Below are positions 41,345 through 51,100 of a stretch of DNA of 64,000 nt, piece after piece. The stretch is from the NCBI GenBank assembly GCA_016195385.1, contig JACPZS010000068.1, forward strand, positions 3,919 through 67,918, read 5' to 3'. Source of the stretch: Verrucomicrobiota bacterium (GTDB taxonomy: Bacteria > Verrucomicrobiota > Verrucomicrobiia > Limisphaerales > JACPZS01). The notes below the pieces were generated by a model. It searched no databases and was not told where the DNA came from. It saw only the letters and a program-made list of their open reading frames with translations. Both the position numbers and the translations under genes were made by a program. Position 1 is the stretch's first letter. Every line of letters starts with the position of its first letter.

Positions 41345-41797
41345 ATGAACGAAGTTCGCCAACCGACGGTGCTGATTCTCTGCACGGGCAATTCCTGCCG
41401 CAGTCATCTGGCCGAGGGAATTCTTCGCGCGGCAGCCGGCGACCTGCTCGAAGTGCAAAGCGCCGGCTCGAATCCCGCTGGCTACGTGCATCCGCTCGCG
41501 ATTGAAGTGATGAAGGAGATCAGCATCGACATCTCGCAACATCGGTCGAAGCATTTGATTGAATTTCTTCACCGCGAGATTGAAACCGTCATCACCGTTT
41601 GCGGCAACGCGGATCAAGCTTGTCCCGTCTTTCCTGGCCAGGTGAACCGCCATCACTGGGGCTTCGACGATCCGGCGAAATTCACCGGCAGTGACGTCGA
41701 AAAACTCATGGTGTTCCGCCGTGTGCGCGACGAAATGCGCCGTGCCTTCGAAGCGTACGCCGCCGGGCGGCGCGATCAGTTGATGGCAAAATCCTAG
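41345..41797 (+). CDS. arsC: Arsenate reductase, LMW-PTP (thioredoxin-coupled) type
   Basis: [17 protein letters not shown] is a CX5R P-loop. About 150 aa. It starts 14 nt after the MIP gene stop. Confidence 0.85.
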   Translation: MNEVRQPTVLILCTGNSCRSHLAEGILRAAAGDLLEVQSAGSNPAGYVHPLAIEVMKEISIDISQHRSKHLIEFLHREIETVITVCGNADQACPVFPGQVNRHHWGFDDPAKFTGSDVEKLMVFRRVRDEMRRAFEAYAAGRRDQLMAKS

Positions 41798-41815
41798 CCG
41801 CCGCAGGCCGCAGCC

Positions 41816-41998
41816 TCAGTTAAACTTGTTCTTCCGATACGCGCCCACCGCGGGGGCGTTCGGGTTCACTTCGGGGCCGAAGTAGCGCAGCGTCACGAGC
41901 GGTTCGGTTTCGCTGGTGTTCTCGAAGGTGACGCCGGCCTTCGCGTCGTGGTTCGGGAGCAAATGATTTTCGTCGGTCATGATTTTGATGCGCGGCAC
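41816..41998 (-). pseudogene. Diverged duplicate of the 3' end (last ~55 codons) of the gene at 42632-43857
   Basis: DAKAGVTFENTSETEPLVTLRYFGPEVNPNAPAVGAYRKNKFN matches GAKAGVTFENTSETEPLVTLRYFGPEVNPDAPAMGAYRKNKF. About 88% nucleotide identity. It abuts the ORF6N gene stop. Confidence 0.6.
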
Positions 41999-42564
41999 TA
42001 TTTCCCTTCTCGTTTCGGTTTGTCATTACGAAAGCCAATCAGCCGCCGGCCTTCCGGGTAGGCCCAACTGGAGGTTTCCTCAAGTTGATGCAACGCGGCA
42101 AAGATAGTTTGGATATCCTCGCCTTGGAGCTTCTGCGACTGTTCCAGTTCGGCGAGTTTGCGGCCCAGCGCCTCGTAACGACCGGCCTCCCGGCGCAGCG
42201 CGACGAAGGCGCGCATGATTTCGACGTTGACCAGCACCGCGCGCCGGCTGCGCAGCACGCTCGACAGCATGGCGACGCCCTGCTCGGTGAAGGCGTAGGG
42301 CAGAAATTTCCGGTGCCGCCCGCGTCCGGCCTTTAAGATGCCAGTTTGGCATCTTAAAGAATCCAGCTCATCGGCGGTGAGTTGGAACATGAAGTCGGTG
42401 GGAAACCGCTCGCGGTTGCGTTTCACGGCGCGATTCAAAGCGCCGGTGGACACGCCGTAAATGCGAGCAAGGTCCGAGTCGAGCATCGCACGCTCGCCAC
42501 GAAGCGCGTGAATCAACGGCTCGACTGGTTCGAGCTTCACAATGGGCTGTTTCTTCTTTGCCAT
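41998..42564 (-). CDS. ORF6N-domain (phage antirepressor/KilA-N-like DNA-binding) protein
   Basis: MAKKKQPIVKLEPVEPLIHALRGERAMLDSDLARIYGVSTGALNRAVKRNRERFPTDFMFQLTADELDSL is the ORF6N signature. Trimmed to the ATG at 42564. Confidence 0.7.
   Translation of the reverse strand: MAKKKQPIVKLEPVEPLIHALRGERAMLDSDLARIYGVSTGALNRAVKRNRERFPTDFMFQLTADELDSLRCQTGILKAGRGRHRKFLPYAFTEQGVAMLSSVLRSRRAVLVNVEIMRAFVALRREAGRYEALGRKLAELEQSQKLQGEDIQTIFAALHQLEETSSWAYPEGRRLIGFRNDKPKREGK
42331..42359. promoter_or_regulatory. Perfect 13-3-13 palindrome CTTTAAGATGCCA-GTT-TGGCATCTTAAAG inside the ORF6N coding region
   Basis: It is related to the two palindromes at 42565-42638. It creates the spurious MPNWHLKG ORF starts in the track. 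Confidence 0.6.
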
Positions 42565-42631
42565 GTTTAAGGTTCCAATTTGGCACCTTAAAAACTGCAC
42601 ACCAATTCCTTTAAAGTCACAAACTATGACC

Positions 42632-42638
<7 letters not shown>
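42565..42638. promoter_or_regulatory. Two operator-like palindromes immediately upstream of the ORF6N start
   Basis: GTTTAAGGTTCCA-ATT-TGGCACCTTAAAA at 42565-42593 abuts the start codon. CTTTAAAGTCA-CAAACTA-TGACCTTAAAA lies at about 42608-42638. Confidence 0.55.
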
Positions 42639-43857
<1,219 letters not shown>

Positions 43858-44104
43858 GTGTTTGTGCGTTTCAGAGTCGAGAGGATTTAATTGGTTTGCG
43901 GGTGTCGGGCGAGAGGAAAATGCACTTCGTTGCCAGACGCGCAATTTTCTTCCACGCTCGCGCTCGATTTGATCGCGCGCACTTCTGCTTTGAACGGCGC
44001 AGCACCGCGTGCTTTCGTAGCGCTCCTACCATGATAGAGGTTCTTCCAAACATCCGGAGCATTCCTTCCGTCGCTGTCCGCGAATTTGCCGCTTTTATTA
44101 TTGG

Positions 44105-45385
44105 GTGCGACGGGTCGTCAAGAGCCTGCGCCAGGCGGCGCAAGAGCGCGGCGTGTCCGTCGGCATCATGATCGACACGCAAGGCCCGGCGATTCGCACC
44201 GGCGATTTGCCGGCGGTGCTGCACTTGCAGCCGGGCCAGAAATTCACTTTCGCCGTCGCCGGTGAGCAATGCACGGAGACCCATTGCGTCACGGTGAATT
44301 ACGATGACCTCGCCAAAGACATCAATGCCGGCGACGTGGTCGTGCTCGATAACGGCGAAATCCGGATGAAGGTGCTCTCAAAAGCGGGCAACCGAATTGA
44401 ATGCGAAGTGCTCACGGAGGGAAAGCTGGGCAGCCGCCGGCACATCAATTTGCCGGGCGTCAAAGTCAACCTGCCCACGCTCACCGAAAAAGATCTCGCC
44501 GACGTGCAGCTCGGTCTCGAAGTGGGAGTTGATTTCATCTCGCTGTCGTTCGTGCGTGAGGCGGCGAACATCCGGCAGCTTCGCGACATTCTCGCCAAAT
44601 CGGTACACAAACCAAGGATCGTGGCCAAGATTGAAGACCAAATGGCCGTGAAAAATCTCACGGAAATCATTCTGGAGGCGGACGCGGTGATGGTGGCGCG
44701 CGGCGATTTGGGAATTGAATGCCCCTACGAAGAGCTGCCCATCATTCAGCGCCGCGTCGTCAAAGCGTGCCTGCGCATCGGCCGGCCAGTCATCGTCGCC
44801 ACACACATGCTCGAGAGCATGATCGAAAATCCGATGCCGACGCGCGCCGAGATCACGGACGTCGCCAACGCCGTCTTCGAGCAGGCCGATGGCATCATGC
44901 TCAGTGGCGAAACCACCGTGGGCAAATACCCGCTGCATTGCGTGGAAGTGTTCGACAAAATCGCGCGACGAATCGAACGCAGCGGCGGCGCGAATTATCA
45001 GGCCCAGGCGGAACTCACCAGCCCGCGCCAGAAGCTGGTGAAGAGCGCCGTGGTGATGGCCGATGAACTGCGCGCCGAGGCGATTTTGGTTTTCACCGTT
45101 CGCGGCAACATGGCCCGCCACACCGCGTGGATGCGCCCGCGGCATTCGCAGATTTTTGCCATCTGCGAAAAATGGGAAGTCGCTGATTCGCTGGCAATCA
45201 ACTGGGGCGTCAAATCGCTCGTCATTCCGTTCAATTACGAAAACCCCGAAAAGACGATCGATCTGGCCATGAAGACGCTGATGACGCGCGGCCATCTCAA
45301 ACGTGGCCAGACCACCGTCGTCGTCAGCTCCATTTCCGCCGGCGAAAAAATCATCGACGCGATCCAGATGCGGATGGTGGAATGA
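44105..45385 (+). CDS. pyk: Pyruvate kinase lacking the N-terminal ~45 residues of canonical PK (GTG start; possible pseudogene)
   Basis: IMIDTQGPAIRTG...MVARGDLGIE...LSGETTVGKYP motifs. The ORF begins at the position that aligns to about residue 46 of bacterial PKs. An in-frame stop lies 80 nt upstream, and no other frame encodes the missing IVCTLGP/NFSHG segment. Confidence 0.75.
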   Translation: MRRVVKSLRQAAQERGVSVGIMIDTQGPAIRTGDLPAVLHLQPGQKFTFAVAGEQCTETHCVTVNYDDLAKDINAGDVVVLDNGEIRMKVLSKAGNRIECEVLTEGKLGSRRHINLPGVKVNLPTLTEKDLADVQLGLEVGVDFISLSFVREAANIRQLRDILAKSVHKPRIVAKIEDQMAVKNLTEIILEADAVMVARGDLGIECPYEELPIIQRRVVKACLRIGRPVIVATHMLESMIENPMPTRAEITDVANAVFEQADGIMLSGETTVGKYPLHCVEVFDKIARRIERSGGANYQAQAELTSPRQKLVKSAVVMADELRAEAILVFTVRGNMARHTAWMRPRHSQIFAICEKWEVADSLAINWGVKSLVIPFNYENPEKTIDLAMKTLMTRGHLKRGQTTVVVSSISAGEKIIDAIQMRMVE

Positions 45386-45445
45386 TGCTCGCTTGAAATC
45401 ACGGCTGCGTTAGTCAAAATGACCCGCAGCCGGTTACTTTGCGAT

Positions 45446-45522
<77 letters not shown>

Positions 45523-45651
45523 TCTCCACGTCGCACGATCTGCCGAACAATAATTTTTACACCCCGCGCAATTCCTGCGACGCTGCGCCGCGTCATGCTT
45601 AATTTGGAAATACTGGCGCAACTGCTCGACACGCATCGCGCTGCGGCCGCA

Positions 45652-46488
45652 ATGAACGTTGCGGAGTTTTCTTTGGCCGGAAAAATTTTCAGCTTCAATT
45701 CGCGGCCCGCGATCATGGGCGTCATCAATCTTTCGAGCGATTCGTGGTACCGCGAGAGCGTGTGCCTGTCGGCGGAAGCGGCCATCCGTCGCGGTCATGT
45801 GCTCCAGGCGCAAGGGGCGGACATCGTCGATGTCGGCGCGGAATCGACCCTCGCCAATGCAGCGCGGCATTCAGCACAACTCCAAAAAAGCAAAATGCTC
45901 CCCGTGATTAAAGAATTGCGCGCGGCGGACGTTCTCGTGTCGGTTGAAACTTATTCGCTGGCTGTGGCAAGGGCGTGTTTGCGAGCTGGCGCAAACGTGT
46001 TGAATCTGACCGGCACGGTTGGGTCGGGACGGTTGTTTACGGAAGCAGCCGCGCACGACGCAGCCGTGATCATCTGTTACGTGCAAGGCCGCAACGTGCG
46101 CGAAGTAGGCAATTTCGATTTCCGCGCCGACACGGTGGCGATGATGTACGACTATTTCGCGCGCCAGATTGAACTGGCCACGCGTTGCGGTGTTAAAAAA
46201 ATCATCATCGATCCCGGCCTGGGATTTTATTACCGCAATTTGCAGGACAGCGCCGTGCGCGTGCGTCATCAGATGCGCGTTTTCCTGAACACGTTCCGCC
46301 TGAGGACGCTGGGATTTCCGGTGTGCCACGCGTTGCCGCACGCGTTTGAATACTTCGGGGACGAGGTGCGTTGCGCGGAACCATTCTTCGCAGTGCTGGC
46401 GAGTCTGGGACGGACGGATTTGTTCCGCACCCACGAAGTGCCACGGGTCAAGGCTGTGCTCGACACGCTGGCGGTTTATTCGCCGTGA
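45652..46488 (+). CDS. Dihydropteroate synthase-like pterin-binding protein
   Basis: IMGVINLSSDSWY...GADIVDVGAEST...VSVETYS...LNLTG...IIDPGLGF match DHPS motifs. Start chosen at MNVAEF; the track ORF starts at 45595. Confidence 0.7.
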   Translation: MNVAEFSLAGKIFSFNSRPAIMGVINLSSDSWYRESVCLSAEAAIRRGHVLQAQGADIVDVGAESTLANAARHSAQLQKSKMLPVIKELRAADVLVSVETYSLAVARACLRAGANVLNLTGTVGSGRLFTEAAAHDAAVIICYVQGRNVREVGNFDFRADTVAMMYDYFARQIELATRCGVKKIIIDPGLGFYYRNLQDSAVRVRHQMRVFLNTFRLRTLGFPVCHALPHAFEYFGDEVRCAEPFFAVLASLGRTDLFRTHEVPRVKAVLDTLAVYSP

Positions 46489-46506
46489 GCCGCCGCCCGC
46501 GACGGC

Positions 46507-48042
46507 TCAACCAACTTTCACCACGACCATCGTCAAATCGTCCAACGGCGGACGATTGCCCGAAAAACTACGGACGCTCTGGTAAATGGCCTCCACGATT
46601 TCCTTCGCGGACCTGTTCGCGAACTGGCGCACGACGTTGAACAACCGCTCGCTTCCAAAAAATTCATCCGCCGGCGACATTGCTTCTTCGATGCCGTCAG
46701 TGAGCATAAGCACAATGTCGCCTGCGGCCAGCGCCACCGGCGGGGCCGCGGTGTAGCGGGCGTCCGGCTGCAAGCCCAGCGGCACACCGGTGCGCTTGAG
46801 CAACGCCTTCACCTGGCAGGCGCGGTCGAGCACGTAGCCGGTCGGATGCCCGGCGCTCGTGTAAATGAGCGATCGCGTGCGTTGATCGAACTTGGTCAAT
46901 TGCAACGTGACGTACCGCTCAAAATCAACGTCCTCTGCCAGGATGCGGCTGGCGCGTGTGAGGATTTCGCCGACGTCCTCGCGATTGCGCGTGAGCACGC
47001 GCAGGTAGGCGCGCGTTTCCGCCATCAACAATGCCGGCCCCACGCCGTGCCCCGTCACATCCGCGATCACGATGGCCAGGCAACCATCGATCATCTTCAA
47101 GTAGTCAAAATAATCGCCACCGGCGGCCTCGGCGGGATACGAAGCCCCGGCGATGTCGAATGGAGGAAAATCCGGAGCGGCTTTGGGAAAGAGCCGTTGC
47201 TGGATGCGCCGGGCCACTTCGAAAGTTTCCTGGTGTTGCCGCAATTCCTTCTCCGCGCGTTTGCGCTCCGTGATGTCGCGGATGAACGCGACGAACCAGC
47301 GCTTGCCGTGGAGTGCCAAATCGTTGAGCGCGATTTCGATCAACACTTCTTTTTCGCCTTTGCAACGGCCCACCGTTTCCATCACGCGGCGCTTCGAGTC
47401 GGCAACGCCGGAACGGAGGTAGCGCGTGAAGGTTTCCTGGTGATCCGGCCGCAATCGTTCCGGCAGCAGCAACGTGAGATTTTTGCCGAGCACTTCCTCC
47501 GGCGCATAGCCGAAGACTTTTTCGACGGCGGGATTCGCGAAATGAATGTTGCTGTCCGTGTCCATCAGAAGCACGGCGTCCGCTGAATTCTCCCAAAGCA
47601 GCCGGTAACGCAGCTCGCTCTCGCGCAACGCTTGCTCGACCTGGCGGCGCTCGGCGCGGGTGTGGGCTTCGCGCAACTCCCGTTCGACGGCCGGCACGAG
47701 ACGCGCCAGGTTGCCCTTCATCAAATAGTCGTGCGCGCCCGCCTTCATCGCCGCCACCGCGATGTCCTCGCCGATGCCGCCGGAGACGATCAAAAACGGC
47801 AGGTCGAGTCCGCTCTCCTGCAAAAGCCGCAGTGCTGCGAGGGCGTTGAAGGTCGGCAGATTGTAGTCCGCCAGCACGACGTCCCACGGTTTTTCCTTCA
47901 ACGCCGCGAGCAATGTTTCCGCCGTCTCCACGCGCTGGAAGACGACTTCATAACCGCCCTGGCGAAGCAGGTTCACGAGGATGCGGGCGTCGAATTCGGA
48001 GTCTTCGACAATCAACACTCGCAATTTTTTAGCTTCAGTCAT
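46507..48042 (-). CDS. Response-regulator receiver + PAS + PP2C-type (SpoIIE/RsbU-like) phosphatase
   Basis: RVLIVEDSEFDARIL...DVVLADYNLP (receiver domain with Asp). A PAS region. C-terminal PP2C motifs (GDYFDY...ADVTGHGVGPALLMA...DGIEEA). Trimmed to MTEAKK. Confidence 0.85.
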   Translation of the reverse strand: MTEAKKLRVLIVEDSEFDARILVNLLRQGGYEVVFQRVETAETLLAALKEKPWDVVLADYNLPTFNALAALRLLQESGLDLPFLIVSGGIGEDIAVAAMKAGAHDYLMKGNLARLVPAVERELREAHTRAERRQVEQALRESELRYRLLWENSADAVLLMDTDSNIHFANPAVEKVFGYAPEEVLGKNLTLLLPERLRPDHQETFTRYLRSGVADSKRRVMETVGRCKGEKEVLIEIALNDLALHGKRWFVAFIRDITERKRAEKELRQHQETFEVARRIQQRLFPKAAPDFPPFDIAGASYPAEAAGGDYFDYLKMIDGCLAIVIADVTGHGVGPALLMAETRAYLRVLTRNREDVGEILTRASRILAEDVDFERYVTLQLTKFDQRTRSLIYTSAGHPTGYVLDRACQVKALLKRTGVPLGLQPDARYTAAPPVALAAGDIVLMLTDGIEEAMSPADEFFGSERLFNVVRQFANRSAKEIVEAIYQSVRSFSGNRPPLDDLTMVVVKVG

Positions 48043-48168
48043 CGCGCTTCGTCTCGAGCGGCAAGAGTTAATACTCACAGCGCTTCGGAGCTGGCCAGCG
48101 AATTTCGCTGCATCCAACAACCGCCGTCACTTGTCCAATTGCGATTCTGTGCCTATCGTAGCCGCGTT

Positions 48169-51100
48169 ATGACACCGACGTTCGCGCCTGCCCGCCGCTG
48201 CTTGTTGTTCCTGGTTCTTTTGCTTTCCATCCTGACCGAGGTGCCGGCTCAAACCAAATCCATCCGCCTGCGCAACGAAGTCATCACGACATCCGCGCCG
48301 AGTCCGAACCTCAATTTGCAACCGCAAGCTGCCGAAGCCGTCGTGTCCGGCCTGTATTTGGTCCAGCTTGACGGGCCGCTCCAGATCGCTTGGCGCGCGC
48401 GGCTCGCCAGCCTGGGCGTCGATCTGTTACGCTTCGTGCCGGACGATGCGTTTGTTGCGCGTGTCGAAGCCGCGCGGCTGAGTCAATTGCGCGCGCTACC
48501 GTTTGTGCGGTGGGTTGGCGAGTATCGGCCCGAACACAAGACGCATCGCGCGCTTCACTCCGAACTCGCCGGTGCTTCCACGAACGCGCTCGTGCCCATC
48601 AGCCTTCTGCTTTCGCCGCACGCGCCGTCGGCGGAAATTTTGAAAACAACGCGCGTCTTTCAATTGCTGCGCGAGCACTCGCCGTCAAAGTTCGGTTCAA
48701 TTTTACGTGGTCAAGTGACGCCCGCGCAGTTGGGGCAACTCGCGAAATCGGATTCGGTGCTTTGGATCGAATCCGCGCCGAGGATGAAACTCATCGACGA
48801 GATCGCTTCGAAAATTGTTGGCGGCGGTGAATATGCGCCGAGCACAGGCGCAGGTGGTGGACTCGGCGGCGACGGCGGCGATCTCGGATTGGAGAGCCTG
48901 AAGCTTCAGGCCGCGCCCGCGCAAACAAACCAACACGCGACGGTGGTGCAGCAACTTGGGTTCGACGGCAGCGGCGTGGTCGTCTGCGTGGCGGACAGCG
49001 GCTTGAACAATGGTGACGCCGCGACGATGCACCCCGATCTGGCCGGGCGCGTCGATGCGTTCTTCTTCTACTGCGATCTGTTGGATGCGTCGGATGAACA
49101 CAGCCACGGCACGCACGTCGCGGGCATCATCGCCGGCAACGGTGCGACTGGCGAAACGGACGACCGCGATACGCTTTACGGTTTGGGCGTCGCGTCCAAC
49201 GCGCATCTCGTGGCGCAACGAATTTTTGACGCCGACGGCAAAGATTATTTGCCGCCGTACGAAACGCTGACCCACGACGCCGTGCGCGCAGGCGCGGTGA
49301 TCGGCTCGAACAGTTGGGGTGACGATGTGAATGGCCGCTACGATTTGAGCGCCGCGCAATTCGACGCGCTCGTGCGCGACGCCGATGCGGAGACGCCGGA
49401 CGATCAACCTTACATCCTTGAATTCTCCGCTGGCAACGCCGGGCCTGGCGCGCAAACGCTGGACAGCCCGGCCGTCGCCAAAAACGTGATCGCGACCGGC
49501 GCGTCGCAAAATGATCGCCCGGACTTTTTCATCTATGCGGACGGCATTGAGGCGATGGCGGATTTCTCGAGCCGCGGCCCGTGCGAAGACGGCCGCATCA
49601 AGCCGGACATCGTCGCGCCGGGCACATGGATCGCGTCGCTGCAATCCGCTTCCGCGCCAGACACGAGCGCGTGGCTGCCGATTTCGCCGAACTACCAGTA
49701 TCAAGGCGGCACGAGTCAGGCCGGGCCGCACGCGTCGGGCGCGGCGGCGATTTTTGTGCAGTACTATCGCGCCACACATAACAACGCGACGCCCTCGCCG
49801 GCGCTCGTGAAGGCGGCGCTGATCAACTCCGCCACGGACATGGACGACGTCGAAGGCGGCACTGATCCGATCCCGAACATGGATGAAGGCTGGGGTCGCG
49901 TGACGCTGACGAACATCATCGGCTCGACGCGCAAATCGGAGTTCATCGATCAGTCGATCATCCTCACGAATGGCCAGACGTTCGAGCAGCGGATTGTGAG
50001 TGGCAACCCGAACGTGCCGTTGAAAATTACGCTGACGTACACGGACGTGCCCGGATTTCCGGCGGCGATTCCGGCGCTCGTTAATGATCTCGACCTCGAA
50101 GTCGTCGGACCGGACGGCACCGTGTATCGCGGCAATCAATTCAACGCTGGCGACTCAATTCCCAATCCGCCTGACCGCGACGCGATCAATAATGTTGAAG
50201 GTGTGCATCTGCTCGCGCCGCCACCGGGCGAATACTTTGTGCGCGTGCGCGCGAAAAACATCGCTGAAGATATTCACGGCCGCACGAACACGCCGCCGCA
50301 GCAGGACTTCGCGCTAGTGATTTCAGGCGACCTGCCGTTGCCGGGCGAAGGCATTTTGATTTTTGATCGCAACGCCTATACCGTGCCGGGAACAATCGGA
50401 ATCAAGCTGATCGATTTCGATCTGGCGGGGCAAAGTTCAGTGAGCATTCCAATTACGAGCGATTCACAATCCACCGCCGCTCAAATCAAATTGCTGCCGT
50501 CCGGCTCGGCGGGGGTTTTCACGGGCAACATCGCAACGGCGACCAGCCCGGCAAACGGAGCGTTGCGGATCACCGATGGGGACAAGATTAGCGCAAGCTA
50601 CCAAGACGCGTCGCCCTCCGGCACGCGCACGGTCGAAGCGGTGGCGGATCTCACGGCTCCCGTGGCGTCCGCGATTACGACGACGAATCATTTTGGCAAA
50701 GCTGTCATCACTTGGCAGACCGACGAAAACACGCGCTCGATCATCCGCTACGGCACGAACGCGAATCTGAACTTGTCGATCACGAATTCCGCCTTAATCG
50801 CCGACCATGGGCTGACGTTGAATGGTGTCCCGCCGGGCACGACAAATTTCTTTTTGATCATTTCGGTGGACGAAGCGGGCAACATTTCGACGAACAATAA
50901 TTCGGGCCGGCTGTTCTCCGTCGTGACGCGCCCGGTGCCGCCGGTGCTGCTGGTCGATGCATTCAACGACATCATCTTGAACGACCTCGTGCCCGTCAGC
51001 ACGTATCTCGATGGGCTCGACGCCACGGGCATCAAATATGAAGTGTGGTCGGTCGCCGACGAGGGGCGCGCGCCGGTGCTCGCGGATTTGCAGCCGTACC

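Noticed and set aside
42080-42586. Two ORFs beginning MPNWHLKG... and MPNWNLKHG...
   Set aside because: The shared N-terminus is an artefact of the repeated TTTAAG..CCA..TGG..CTTAAA palindromes read on the minus strand. Both overlap the ORF6N gene in other frames.
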